Shown one piece after another: positions 36,674 through 47,494 of a stretch of DNA of 64,000 bases (its first letter is position 1; every line of letters begins with the position of its first letter). This DNA comes from Terriglobia bacterium (GTDB taxonomy: Bacteria; Acidobacteriota; Terriglobia; 2-12-FULL-54-10). The position numbers and the translations under genes are program-made. The DNA lies in the NCBI GenBank assembly GCA_963666975.2, contig CAXVYR010000004.1, forward strand, positions 1,088,001 to 1,152,000. The letters run 5' to 3'. Below the pieces are notes generated by a model. It was not told where the DNA came from, made no database searches, and was given only the letters and a program-made list of their open reading frames with translations.

Positions 36674-38872
36674 ATGCGTATTGCGAGAGCAATTTTCCTC
36701 TTCCTGCTAGTTGGAGTCTTAGGGCCCGGTGTCGCCGCGGGTCAGGAGGAGCAAAACGGACAAAGGACGATGACTGCCATCCCGCTAGACGAAGGAGAGC
36801 GGATCGAGCTGGACGGAATTCTCGATGAAGCTGTGTGGGACCGTGCGGAGCCGGCCACTGGTTTCATCCAGCAGGACCCCGCCTTCGGCCAGCCCGCCAC
36901 GGAGCAGACCGAGGTGCGGATCGTCTTCACCCCGGAGCGGCTCTACATGGGGGTGATCTGTTACGACTCGGAGCCGGACCGGCTGCTGGGCTACCAGCGG
37001 CGGCGCGACGAATTTCTCTCCTCCGATGACCGCTTCATGTGGACGATGGATACCTACCTGGACACGCGGGGAGGCTACTTCTTCGAGATCAACCCGTCGG
37101 GATTGATGGGCGATTCGCTGATGGGAAGCAACGGAAACAACCGTCAGTGGGACGGCATCTGGACGGCGAAGGTGCGGCGCACCGACATCGGCTGGGTGGC
37201 GGAGATTGAGATTCCCTTTCGCACGCTCAATTTCGATCCGGACGCGCCGGCCTGGGGGATCAATTTTCAGCGTACCGTGCGGCGCAAGAGCGAAGAGAGT
37301 TTGTGGACCGGATACGCGCGCAATCAAGGGCTGCGGCGAATGACGAACGCCGGGCGGTTGGAGGGTCTCCGCGAGACGAGCCAGGGAAAGGGATTGGAGG
37401 TCAAGCCGTATCTGCTGGGGACTGCCTCCGCATCACCGGGCACCGGCCAGCAGGGCGCCACCTACCAGGGCGACGTGGGTTTGGACGTTTTTTACAGCTT
37501 GACGCCGCGACTGCGCGCCAATTTTACGCTGAATACGGACTTTGCGCAGACGGAAGTGGATGATCGGCAGGTGAACCTGACCCGCTTCTCCCTGTTTTTC
37601 GATGAGAAGCGCGATTTTTTTCTCGAAGGAGCTGGCTTTTTCGACTTCCGGTCGAACCGGGGTTTCGAGCGCGATGTCCGCGTGTTTCCCTTCTTCAGCC
37701 GCCGGATCGGATTGAGCGAGGACCGCGAGCCGCAGAAGATCGATTTCGGAACAAAGCTGACGGGACAGATCGGCCAGCAGGATGTGGGGGTGCTGCACGT
37801 CCGCACCGGCGCGCACGAGGACGAAGCAGGGGACGATTTCACGGTGGCGCGGGTGAAACGCCGGATTTTCAGCCAGTCGTACGTCGGGGGGATGCTGACG
37901 CGGCGGGGCCCGCGAGGCGGCGGGGACGCGCTCTACACGATGGGCTTGGACGCGCTGCTGGCGACGCGAAATTTTCTGGGGTCGCAGAACCTGGAGTGGA
38001 GCGCGTTTCTGCTGGGCGCATCGAACCACGAAGGGGAATCGGGGAACCGGATGGCCTACGGGATGGTGCTGGACCTTCCGAACGACCCCTGGGACCTGAC
38101 GCTCAATTTCCGGGGCGTGCAGCGGAACTTTGACCCGGCCGTAGGCTTCGTGGCCCGCAGGGCTTACCGGCGCTACAGCCCGCGGGTGTTCTATTCGCCC
38201 CGCCCGCGGCAGCACCCCTGGATCCGGTCGTTTTCCTTCGGGACGGATCTGGACTGGCAGACCGATCCGCAGAACAGCACGCTGACGCGCAAATGGCAGT
38301 TCCGGGTGTTTCAACTCCAGGCCCACTCGGGCGACAGCTTTTCGGTGGACATTACGCCGCAGTTTGAGCGGCTGGAGGAGGATTTCGAGATCAGCGACGG
38401 CATCGTGCTGCCCGCAGGCAGGGAATACCGCTTCACGCGGTACCAGTTGGAGGGACGCACGGCGAACCGGCGCAAGCTGGCGGTGGAAGCCAGCATGGAA
38501 CGGGGAAATTTCTTTTCCGGGGCGCGGCAGGAGTATCGGCTGGAGCTGACGGTGCGGGTGCGTCCCGGCGTGATCCTTTATAGCGAAGCGGAATGGAACC
38601 GCGTCCAGCTCGCCGAAGGCAGGTTTCAGACACGGGTGTACAGTTTCACCCCGGAGGTGCAGTGGAGCCCGTGGGTGTCGCTCGTAAACATCTTCCAGTA
38701 TGACAGCGAGAGCCGCGTGCTGGGCTGGCAGGGACGATTCCGGTGGATTCTGCGGCCGGGCAACGACCTCTACTTCGTTTACACGCACAACTGGCTGGAC
38801 GATCCGGAGCTTGGGTTCCGGACAGAAAACCGGCGCGCTTCGACAAAGTTCATATATACGCACCGATTTTAA
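36674..38872 (+). CDS. CBM9/DOMON-like + DUF5916 outer-membrane beta-barrel protein
   Basis: Signal peptide, IELDGILDEAVW, AEIEIPFRTL, NTDFAQTEVD..VNLTRFSLFF.EKR.FFLEG and a terminal F. Confidence 0.88.
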   Translation: MRIARAIFLFLLVGVLGPGVAAGQEEQNGQRTMTAIPLDEGERIELDGILDEAVWDRAEPATGFIQQDPAFGQPATEQTEVRIVFTPERLYMGVICYDSEPDRLLGYQRRRDEFLSSDDRFMWTMDTYLDTRGGYFFEINPSGLMGDSLMGSNGNNRQWDGIWTAKVRRTDIGWVAEIEIPFRTLNFDPDAPAWGINFQRTVRRKSEESLWTGYARNQGLRRMTNAGRLEGLRETSQGKGLEVKPYLLGTASASPGTGQQGATYQGDVGLDVFYSLTPRLRANFTLNTDFAQTEVDDRQVNLTRFSLFFDEKRDFFLEGAGFFDFRSNRGFERDVRVFPFFSRRIGLSEDREPQKIDFGTKLTGQIGQQDVGVLHVRTGAHEDEAGDDFTVARVKRRIFSQSYVGGMLTRRGPRGGGDALYTMGLDALLATRNFLGSQNLEWSAFLLGASNHEGESGNRMAYGMVLDLPNDPWDLTLNFRGVQRNFDPAVGFVARRAYRRYSPRVFYSPRPRQHPWIRSFSFGTDLDWQTDPQNSTLTRKWQFRVFQLQAHSGDSFSVDITPQFERLEEDFEISDGIVLPAGREYRFTRYQLEGRTANRRKLAVEASMERGNFFSGARQEYRLELTVRVRPGVILYSEAEWNRVQLAEGRFQTRVYSFTPEVQWSPWVSLVNIFQYDSESRVLGWQGRFRWILRPGNDLYFVYTHNWLDDPELGFRTENRRASTKFIYTHRF

Positions 38873-39240
38873 CGCAACGTGCGGCGGGGGCGGGTTCCTA
38901 TGGATGCAAAATGAGGCGGCGGTTGCGGGGGAAGACCGCATATGGCCGTGGACAATAGCGTCAGCAGCCTGGCCACGACGACCTCAGCTAATCACACTGT
39001 CAATGGTACAAAAGATCGGTCTAGTCAGTAGTGACTGTAGTGCGTATCTAGGGAGGGTGTATCCTGGAGGACCCAGGCCAGGCCGCCTTCGGCCCTTTCT
39101 CTCATACCCCCTCACAAGTCACTACACCCACTACAGAATCTGCGGAGACGAGGCTTTCAAATTGCTGATCGCTTGTCCCAGTAGATCCCAATTTGTCAGA
39201 TGGCCTACCCCACGACGGAAGGCGAAACTCGGCGCATCTT

Positions 39241-41118
39241 TTACCATTGAGCCGCTGGTCCGCCGAGTTCCACCTGGGCTCCAGTCGGTTGCATCCCCCA
39301 TTTCCTGGCCAGCGAAGGAACCAAGTGCCTCACCTTGCCCCCAACCACAGTCATCAGAACCCTTATGTTCTCAATGTCGTCTTCCGGGATAGTGAGGTAG
39401 TCCCGGTCCAGCACGAGGAAATCGGCAAATTTGCCTGGTTCTAAAGCACCTAGCTTGTCCTCTTTCATTAAATAGTCAGCTCCCCAAATCGTTGCCGACT
39501 TCAGAGCCAACTCGCGGTTGATCCGTTGATTCGGACCGTAAACCCTGCCGTCCGCCGCTTTACGATCGATGAACCGTGCTAAGGTCCAAAACACAGTCAG
39601 CGAAGTGGTTGCCAATGGCCGGTCAATCTCGAAACCGGTGGGAATCTGAGCATCGATCAGTGATTTCTTCGGCACACTCCACTGGACAGCAGTTTCCCCG
39701 TAAGTTTTGAATATCCTGGGAGCATTCTGCATATAAAAGAAAGGAGAGCCGCCGACAGCCATCCCCAGTCGCTTGATCCGTTCTATCTGGTCCGGCCGCG
39801 GGGACATGGTCAGGTGGTCCCAGGCATGTTTCTTCGCCCGGATTTGTTCTGGTGTGAAGCCAGCCTCCTTGCTCCCTTGTTCAATCGCTTCCATTAGATA
39901 ATCGACATCCAGGTCCCCGCCCATATGAAGCGCCGCAACGCGGCCTCCAGCCTTAACGAATTCAACGAGTCGTCGAAAATTGGGATCACTTGGGGCATAC
40001 GCACAGCTGTTCGATCCGGGAGGTAATTCGATGAGTGGCTGGGCTGTGGTGCAACCACTGCCAGGGCGCTCAACTCCCCATCCTCCGGCGTTCCAGAAGA
40101 AGTCATTTCCTGTCCCTTCCAACAAAACGATTGTGTTGAACAAGTACGGGTCAGCATCAAAAAACGCTTCCCTCCAGCCCCAGGTCCACGCATTCCGCAC
40201 CGGCATGTCTCCGGCTTGCGACATATCGTGGTACACCTTCAGATTGGAAGGCGTATAGGCTCTCGATGCGAATGTACCAACTCCCAGACTCGCCCACCAA
40301 CTCAGCTCTATGCGATGAATCTCCCGCAGTGCCTGGTAGTGTTCTCGCATGATCACTTCATGGAATCCCCAACGCATGAAGCCCATTGGCCTGCCTCCCC
40401 CCCCTAGCCCTGTTTCCTTGTCGATGTAACTCAGCATGTCCTCGTGGGGGAAGATCTTCCGCGTTGCCTCCATGGCTTTTGTATTCACCATCACACCTGT
40501 GAACGGATCTCTCAGTAACACGGGGTTATTCGGAGCCAGTTGGTCAATCAAACCAAGCGGAATCATCTCCCCATCTAACACCCTTCCATATCTTTCGCTG
40601 TTGAGCGCATATTCGTACTTGTCTCCCAGCGAAAAGACGATGAAAACCCACTGCTCTGGATTGGCTTTGCCGACCGCTTCCCGCAACACTCCCGGAAACG
40701 CCTGAGCCTGCTCTTGCGGTGGCCCCTCCATATAGCGCGTGACCAGAATATCGTCCGTCAGCACTTTCTTGATGGCGTAGGGATTCTGGGGCGCCCAATC
40801 GTAAGGATGATCATGCACTACGATCAGCCCCGGCAGGACCGTCCGGCCTTCCAAATCAATCTGCTTGGTATTCGGGCCCGCTTGCCCACGAATCTGGGCG
40901 TTGGTCCCCACTGCCACAACATTGCCATCCCGAATGGCCATCGCTTGGGCTACCGTTCCTAGGTTCGAGGTGAAGCTCTTATCACTCATCGTCACGATCT
41001 TCCCGTTGTATACGATCATTTCTGGGGTCGCTTGCCCTCGAACATCACCGGCTCCTACCCAAAGCACCCCAAGGCTTACCAACAGCATGTAAGCGTACAT
41101 TCTCCTCTGCATATTCAT
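39241..41118 (-). CDS. Secreted amidohydrolase (Amidohydro_3/YtcJ-like), paralog 1
   Basis: Signal peptide, NGKIVT, DLEGRTVLPG, HDH, HMGGD, DH, EIDRP and LEPGKFAD. Confidence 0.9.
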   Translation of the reverse strand: MNMQRRMYAYMLLVSLGVLWVGAGDVRGQATPEMIVYNGKIVTMSDKSFTSNLGTVAQAMAIRDGNVVAVGTNAQIRGQAGPNTKQIDLEGRTVLPGLIVVHDHPYDWAPQNPYAIKKVLTDDILVTRYMEGPPQEQAQAFPGVLREAVGKANPEQWVFIVFSLGDKYEYALNSERYGRVLDGEMIPLGLIDQLAPNNPVLLRDPFTGVMVNTKAMEATRKIFPHEDMLSYIDKETGLGGGGRPMGFMRWGFHEVIMREHYQALREIHRIELSWWASLGVGTFASRAYTPSNLKVYHDMSQAGDMPVRNAWTWGWREAFFDADPYLFNTIVLLEGTGNDFFWNAGGWGVERPGSGCTTAQPLIELPPGSNSCAYAPSDPNFRRLVEFVKAGGRVAALHMGGDLDVDYLMEAIEQGSKEAGFTPEQIRAKKHAWDHLTMSPRPDQIERIKRLGMAVGGSPFFYMQNAPRIFKTYGETAVQWSVPKKSLIDAQIPTGFEIDRPLATTSLTVFWTLARFIDRKAADGRVYGPNQRINRELALKSATIWGADYLMKEDKLGALEPGKFADFLVLDRDYLTIPEDDIENIRVLMTVVGGKVRHLVPSLARKWGMQPTGAQVELGGPAAQW

Positions 41119-41271
41119 CTCCTCTTTCCGACAACCACCTCAGCGGTGGCTAAGCTTATCCAGAACCATTTGTGTTAAACGGAAGATCGAAGGGAGGAGA
41201 CAATCCTCTTCCCTTCTCTTTGCTCTGATTCGTATCAAACTTTTCCTTTCCCGACTTGGCAGGACTGCTAA

Positions 41272-41402
41272 GAGGTTGTTGAAAAACTGGTGTATGGGTC
41301 CGCTTGCTAACGTGCGCGGCTCGGTAAGTGCAGCTAAATCAGCATACCGATTCCGAGCCGCGACCGTGAGGGAGCGGGCAAATGGTGTTTTTCAACAACC
41401 TG
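41272..41402. mobile_element. 131-bp MITE with internal REP palindrome
   Basis: IRs AGGTTGTTGAAAAA / TTTTTCAACAACCT, flanked by a CTAA duplication (41268-41271, 41403-41406). The right half recurs at 62830-62883. Confidence 0.82.
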
Positions 41403-41484
41403 CTAAAAGCTAATTGATCCACCTTGCGGGCATTTCTACCATTGAGCCGCCGGTCCGCCAAGCTCTACCTGAGCTCCATCGTCA

Positions 41485-43311
41485 TTAATGCGTCGGCTGC
41501 ATCCCGATTTCGCGGGCCAGCGACGGCGACAGATGTTCTACTTTGCCCCCCACCATCGTCATTAATGCGCGGATCGTGCGAATGTCGTCCAAAGGAACGG
41601 TCAGGTAATCCTTATCCATCACCACCAGGTCGGCCCATTTGCCCACCTCCAACGAGCCCAGCATATCCTCCCGCTTCGTGGCATAGCCCCCAAAAATAGT
41701 CGCCACCTTCAACATCGATTGCCGGTCTATCGCCAGCGCAGGCGCATAAATCGTTCCATTGTGATCCTTGTGCGTGAGAGCCGCGTAAAAAATATCGAAG
41801 AACGTCAAATCAGTGTATTCAATGGGACGGTCATTCTCGAAATTATTCATCACGCCAGCGGCAAACATAGCCTTCCGAGGAACGACCTGCGCCACGCCCC
41901 GCTCTCCATAATTCCGCATCACACTCCTGGCACCTCCGTCATACCAAGTGATGTCATACCCGCTGGTCATCATGCCCAGGTTCTTGAACCGCTGGATTTG
42001 GTCCGTGCGGGGATACATCCCCATGTGATTACTAATATGGCGCTTTTCTCGAATCTCCTCCAGCGTCATGCCCGCGTCATTGCTCGCCTTCTCAATGATG
42101 TCGAGCATCGTATCAACTTGGACATCCCCCGTCATGTGATTTCCCGACATCCTTCCGCCAGCCTTGATGAATTCATAAAGAGCCCTTTGAACAGCGGGCA
42201 GATCATAACGCATATTTGCGCAGGCCCGGTCATGCCTTTCTTGCCCCTCCGCAGTCGGCGTGAGCTTGCTGCATCCGCCGCCATGTTCCGGATCGATTCC
42301 GTCAAACCAAAAATAATCCGAACCCGAACCCACCATCGCGGCTAAAGCTTCTGTGAAATAGGAATCCACAAAGAAGTCGTTCCGAAACGGCCAGAACCAG
42401 GACCAGGCAAAACGCATGGCCAGCTGACCTCGCCGATCCAACGTACGGTAAGCGTGAAGCGTCGCTGGCGCGTACAATGACGTACCGTTCAACGTCTGCC
42501 CATATCCTGTATACCACGACAGGCCCAGACGGTAGATCTCCGTGATTTGCTCAGGAGTAAACACCACACCCGGTTCAGTATACCGATAACCGTTGCCCGT
42601 ATAGAAAGTTCTAGTGGTCGCCCCTGGAAAATTGCTAAGGGTCTCTCCATAGAATTTATCCATTGCCTCCATGCCTTTTTGGTTCACAATCGAACCCGTA
42701 AATCCCCAGCGAACTTGCACCGGATTATCGGGAGCAGCCAGGTCCAGCATTTGCTTGTTAATTTGCCTCCCTGAATACCCGGAGATTGCGATTCGCCAAT
42801 CCGGGTTGTAGTCTTTTCCGTAGAGAAGGACAATCCGAATCCATTTTTCCGGCGTGGGTTTGGCCTTTAAGGCTGCTTCTTCCAGCACTCGGGGAAATTG
42901 CCGCAGTACCTCATCGGGCGAGACATTTATAAACCGCTGAATGCTGTTATCGTCGTTGACAACTTTACTGACGATTTTTTCATTCAGTGTGTTCCAATCC
43001 TGCGGGTGATCGTGCGTCACGATAAAACCAGGAACGACGGTCCGCCCTTTCAGGTCGATTGATTCTGTATTCGTCCCAGCCAGACGACGGACACCCGCGT
43101 TGTTTCCTACCGCCACGATCTTTCCTTCCCGAATGGCCAGCGCCTGAGCGATGGTCCCCAGGTTTTCGTTCACCTCGTGGTTATCCACCGTGACAATTTT
43201 GCCGTTGTACAAAATCGTATCCGGAGCCTGTTGCTGAGCCCATCCCATCCCGCTACCGCACCACATTCCAGCTACTACCAGCAAAGCAAACACGATTATT
43301 TTCTTTGTCAT
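41485..43311 (-). CDS. Secreted amidohydrolase paralog 2 (C-terminal 13 aa lost by a 13-nt insertion)
   Basis: THDHP, HMTGD, NH and ENDRP. The out-of-frame tail GAQVELGGPAAQW* is still present at 41436-41477. Confidence 0.88.
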   Translation of the reverse strand: MTKKIIVFALLVVAGMWCGSGMGWAQQQAPDTILYNGKIVTVDNHEVNENLGTIAQALAIREGKIVAVGNNAGVRRLAGTNTESIDLKGRTVVPGFIVTHDHPQDWNTLNEKIVSKVVNDDNSIQRFINVSPDEVLRQFPRVLEEAALKAKPTPEKWIRIVLLYGKDYNPDWRIAISGYSGRQINKQMLDLAAPDNPVQVRWGFTGSIVNQKGMEAMDKFYGETLSNFPGATTRTFYTGNGYRYTEPGVVFTPEQITEIYRLGLSWYTGYGQTLNGTSLYAPATLHAYRTLDRRGQLAMRFAWSWFWPFRNDFFVDSYFTEALAAMVGSGSDYFWFDGIDPEHGGGCSKLTPTAEGQERHDRACANMRYDLPAVQRALYEFIKAGGRMSGNHMTGDVQVDTMLDIIEKASNDAGMTLEEIREKRHISNHMGMYPRTDQIQRFKNLGMMTSGYDITWYDGGARSVMRNYGERGVAQVVPRKAMFAAGVMNNFENDRPIEYTDLTFFDIFYAALTHKDHNGTIYAPALAIDRQSMLKVATIFGGYATKREDMLGSLEVGKWADLVVMDKDYLTVPLDDIRTIRALMTMVGGKVEHLSPSLAREIGMQPTH

Positions 43312-43392
43312 TGGACCCTCCCTTCCCATTTCGTGTGGGTTAAGTAGTTCGCCAATTCCTGACTCTCTTATCTTGTCTTCTTCTGTCTACAC

Positions 43393-45279
43393 TTACCAAC
43401 CCGGCGGAATCGATTCCTTCCACGTCGTAGGCCCCACCGGTTGCATCCCCACCTCGCGCGCCAACGAATCCCCTAGATGCACCGTCTTGCCTCCTACCAC
43501 TGTCATCAGCACTCTAATATTCGGAATGTCATCATCCGGAATCGCCAGAAAATCCCGGTCCAGCACCATGAAATCCGCAAACTTACCCGGCTCCAGCGTA
43601 CCTAACAGGTCTTCCCGCAGCATGTAGTAGGCACCCCAACGGGTATGCGCTTTCAACTGAATAATCCGGTCAGTCCTCTCCGCCGGCCCATAGACTTGTC
43701 CATCATTTTTGTTGACTCGAGTCATTCCCTTGTGAAGGAAAAGGAACACTTTCTCAGGCCGTGGCTTGTCAATCTCGGCGCTGGTCATCACCCCCGCCTC
43801 CGTCATGCTCTTGCGTGGGGCCGTCCAATTAGCATATTCAATTCCATACTTCTCGGCTTGATTCTTTGCGTTATCCGCCCACAAATAGGTGTTATTCTGG
43901 CTGGCCATCATTCCTAAATTCTTGATCCGCGGAATCTGATCCGGACGAGGAGCACCCGCGCCGTGGTCAAATGTATGGCGCTTCTCGCGAACTTGCTCCA
44001 AAGTCAGGCCAGCTTCCCGACTAGCCTCTTCAATAATGTCCATGAGATAGTCAATGTCTTTATCCCCACCGCTGTGCATCGTGGCAATCCGCAACCCCGC
44101 CTTTATGATGTCTTTCATCCTTTCTCTATACTGACTTCCCGGTTGAAAAATACATCGTGCTGCCTCGCTATCTGCGGCTTGCTGTCCGTTCTGCTCAATC
44201 CACTGCTGTCGGTGGGGAATAGTCATACAGTTGTACGCAGATCTGCCCCAAGCCCCTATGAGCCAGAGGTGATCAGTCCCATGACCCTGAATCGCCGCCA
44301 AGGTCCGTAAAGTATCTACTGCCCAGTTCGGTCCTGTATACCCCCAGCCAAACCGCGCAGGCATTTCCCCTCTCTTATCCAAGTAATCCAGCGCTTTCAA
44401 GTTCCCATAGGCGTAAGGAGAAGAACCATGGGTTGTAATCCCATAGCTGGCCCACAATTCGAATTGCGCCCCGAGAATCGCAGCCAGTATCGGTAGATCG
44501 TCTTTGAACATAATGTCTGCTGGGATATGCCGATTAAAGCCGCGCCCTTCCTTTAACCACCGGTCGAGAGGCAACATGCTGTTTTCCACAGTATCGGTAA
44601 TCACGGAAAACGTGGGATGCACTTCACGCGTTGCATCAATGGCTCGCTGGTTTAGTATCGAGGTGATAAACCCGTTTTTTACCGCCACCGGATTGTTGGG
44701 AGCTAGTTGGTCGAGCCAGGCTTTGGTGATGCTCTTGTTATACATTTCGTTAACTTCTTTCGACCACTGGTAATCCGTGCCGTAAGCAAAGCTGATCTGA
44801 ATCCACTGCCCGGGTTTGGCCTTGGCTACTGCCTCCGTCATGGTCGGTTCAAATTGTGCTAACTGCTCATTCGCAGGACCCCCTCGCAGCCAACGGTGAA
44901 TGATCACATCGTCATTGGGCAGAACGTGGGTAATCCCTCGCGGCTCCTGAAAAGCCCAATCGGTAGGATGTTCGTGGGTCATGATGAAGCCCGGCAGTAC
45001 GGTCCTTCCCTTCAGATCAACGGACCGGGTCTGTGGCCCAGCCAACGCTCGAATCTCCGTATCGCTCCCGGTCGCCAGAATCTTCCCATCACGGATAGCC
45101 AGTGCCTGCACAATGGTTCCGATACGGGACTCAAACGAGGTATCGTCCACCGTCACGATCTTGCCGTTGTAAACAATCAACTGCGGATAGCCCAGTCGGG
45201 CCGCCACATTTACTTGCTGTGCCCATCCCCACACGCTGCATAGAACTACCGCAAAAGCTATAGTCAATGTTTTCTTCAT
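43393..45279 (-). CDS. Secreted amidohydrolase paralog 3
   Basis: Start MKKTLT, then THEHP, HSGGD, DH, EIDKP and LEPGKFAD. Confidence 0.9.
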   Translation of the reverse strand: MKKTLTIAFAVVLCSVWGWAQQVNVAARLGYPQLIVYNGKIVTVDDTSFESRIGTIVQALAIRDGKILATGSDTEIRALAGPQTRSVDLKGRTVLPGFIMTHEHPTDWAFQEPRGITHVLPNDDVIIHRWLRGGPANEQLAQFEPTMTEAVAKAKPGQWIQISFAYGTDYQWSKEVNEMYNKSITKAWLDQLAPNNPVAVKNGFITSILNQRAIDATREVHPTFSVITDTVENSMLPLDRWLKEGRGFNRHIPADIMFKDDLPILAAILGAQFELWASYGITTHGSSPYAYGNLKALDYLDKRGEMPARFGWGYTGPNWAVDTLRTLAAIQGHGTDHLWLIGAWGRSAYNCMTIPHRQQWIEQNGQQAADSEAARCIFQPGSQYRERMKDIIKAGLRIATMHSGGDKDIDYLMDIIEEASREAGLTLEQVREKRHTFDHGAGAPRPDQIPRIKNLGMMASQNNTYLWADNAKNQAEKYGIEYANWTAPRKSMTEAGVMTSAEIDKPRPEKVFLFLHKGMTRVNKNDGQVYGPAERTDRIIQLKAHTRWGAYYMLREDLLGTLEPGKFADFMVLDRDFLAIPDDDIPNIRVLMTVVGGKTVHLGDSLAREVGMQPVGPTTWKESIPPGW

Positions 45280-45445
45280 CTCACGTATCTCCTCAGCAAA
45301 AAGCTTTCCAAGCAAAAAGGCGCTTCCAGAAATAGCGCACCCCAAATAAGGTACCGCCCGTCGCGAAAGCACCCCTGTCTCTCTTCAGCCTTTCAGAACT
45401 CAAACCTTCAGCGCCAATTGAATCTGGTGTTTTTCACCTCGAAGC

Positions 45446-47305
45446 TTACCATTGAGCCGCCGGTCCGCCAAGTTCTACCTGGGCCCCGGTCGGTTGCATC
45501 CCGATCTCGCGGGCCAGAGATGGAACCAGATGGACTACTTTGCCGCCCACCATGGTCATCAAAACCCGTAGCTTTGGAATATCGTCTACAGGAACTGTGA
45601 GGTAGTCCTTGTCGAGCACTGCCAAGTCGGCCCACTTGCCGGACTCCAGAGAGCCGAGCTGATCCTCTTTCTTGGCGTAGTAAGCTCCCCAAATCGTTCC
45701 CGCCTTTAACATTACCTCCCGGCTCACTACTTGACCTGGTGCCCAGACCTTACCGTTTTTATCCTTCCGGGTAATCCCAATATGGAGAACGGTAAAGTAG
45801 GTCAGATCGGTGTATCCAATAGGCCGGTCAATCTCCACACTACTCATCACCCCGGCATCCAGCAGGCTTCTCCGTGGTTGTATCCATGCCACCGCCTGCT
45901 CTCCGTAATCATTAAATATCCGTTCTGCGTTCCCTTCCCAAAGGAACATGTTGTACCCACCTACCATCATGCCCAGATTCTTGAGCCGCTGGACCTGATC
46001 CGGTCGGGGACTCATCCCCATATGATCGTAGGCATGCCGTTTGGTTTTAATTTCTTCCAGAGTCAGCCCAGCGTCCTTGCTGGCTCTCTCGATGATATCC
46101 AGCATGTAATCTATGTCCTTGTCGCCTTCGGTGTGGATCCCTGTTAAACGTCCGCCTGCTTTGATCATATTATACAAGGCTAGCTCATTCGGAGTACTTG
46201 GAGCAAAAATGCAACTCCGTTCCCGCTGTTTCACCTCTGGGGTGGTGCCAGGCAATGTGGAGCAATTAAAAGAGCTCCCAGTCGGCCATAGTCCAACTAG
46301 CCAGAGATAGTCCGACCCTTTCCCTACCAAGGCGGACGCAGCCTCCGGAAGATAGGGGTCGACCCATAAATCAGGGCGGGGCCTCCACTGCCAAGTCCAG
46401 GGCACTCGAATCGCCATTTGTCCCCTCTGGTCCAGTGTGCGGTAAGCCGCAATAGCGGAGCCTGTGTAGAGACCCGAAGAGTTCAGAGTGACCCCATACC
46501 CTCCCATCCAGGACAGCCCCAGGCGGTAGATCTCTCGCAAATCATCCGGTGTGTAAATCACCTCCTGTTCCACCTCCCGATAGCAGACAGGACAGGTTCC
46601 TGTTTCCTCATCCCGTTCCGTTATGGGCGGAAAGACGAACTTTTGCCACATGTCCCCGTAGTGGTTCTTGTACTCGTCGATTGCCGGCTGGTTAAACAAG
46701 GTTCCCACAAAACCCCCTCGGACAATCACCGGATTATTGGGAGCGGCCAGATCCAGCATCTGTTTGTTAATCTGCCGCCCCAACATGGGCTGAATCTCAT
46801 CCCTCCACAGAAATTCTCTCCCATACAGCAGGCTAATCCGAACCCATTGGCCCGGCCTGGCCTTTTGGACGGCCTCCTGCAAAACCCCAGGAAATTCTTG
46901 TAACACTTCATCCGGGGCAACGTTTATAAACCGCTCGATATGCGTGTCGTCAGTTACTACTTTCTTTACGATATAGGGATTCAGCGGGTTCCAGTCCATC
47001 GGGTGATCATGAGTACCCGCAAAGCCTGGCAACACCATCCGACCCTTTAGGTCAATGCTCTTGGTATTGGAGCCTGCCAAGGCCCGAACCTGGGCGTTGG
47101 TTCCCACGGCCAGGATTGTATTGCCTCCGATGGCCAGAGCCTGAGCGAGGGTGCCTAAATCCTCATTAACCTCATGGTTGTCCACCGTCACGATTTTCCC
47201 ATTGTAGAGAATGGTATCCGGGGCTTGTTGAGCCCACAGGAGGTCCTGTGCAGCCCAAATGACACACACCATCAGCACAACTCGCAAAACCCATTGCCTT
47301 TTCAT
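45446..47305 (-). CDS. Secreted amidohydrolase paralog 4
   Basis: THDHP, HTEGD, DH, EIDRP and tail MQPTGAQVELGGPAAQW. Confidence 0.9.
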   Translation of the reverse strand: MKRQWVLRVVLMVCVIWAAQDLLWAQQAPDTILYNGKIVTVDNHEVNEDLGTLAQALAIGGNTILAVGTNAQVRALAGSNTKSIDLKGRMVLPGFAGTHDHPMDWNPLNPYIVKKVVTDDTHIERFINVAPDEVLQEFPGVLQEAVQKARPGQWVRISLLYGREFLWRDEIQPMLGRQINKQMLDLAAPNNPVIVRGGFVGTLFNQPAIDEYKNHYGDMWQKFVFPPITERDEETGTCPVCYREVEQEVIYTPDDLREIYRLGLSWMGGYGVTLNSSGLYTGSAIAAYRTLDQRGQMAIRVPWTWQWRPRPDLWVDPYLPEAASALVGKGSDYLWLVGLWPTGSSFNCSTLPGTTPEVKQRERSCIFAPSTPNELALYNMIKAGGRLTGIHTEGDKDIDYMLDIIERASKDAGLTLEEIKTKRHAYDHMGMSPRPDQVQRLKNLGMMVGGYNMFLWEGNAERIFNDYGEQAVAWIQPRRSLLDAGVMSSVEIDRPIGYTDLTYFTVLHIGITRKDKNGKVWAPGQVVSREVMLKAGTIWGAYYAKKEDQLGSLESGKWADLAVLDKDYLTVPVDDIPKLRVLMTMVGGKVVHLVPSLAREIGMQPTGAQVELGGPAAQW

Positions 47306-47494
47306 GATTCACCCCCTCGACTATTGTTAGCAGGTTAATCCCGAAGCTCCGAGTACAAAGTATACGCTTCCCCGTTATCGGTTCCATCTCTTTTCGCCTC
47401 TCTTGTTGCAAGGCCTCAATCCTGTCCCTAATTGATTTCCCCTCTCCCCTCGTGTAATCTTTTCCCGATCTATTCAATCTGGCGGGGTTAAAGC

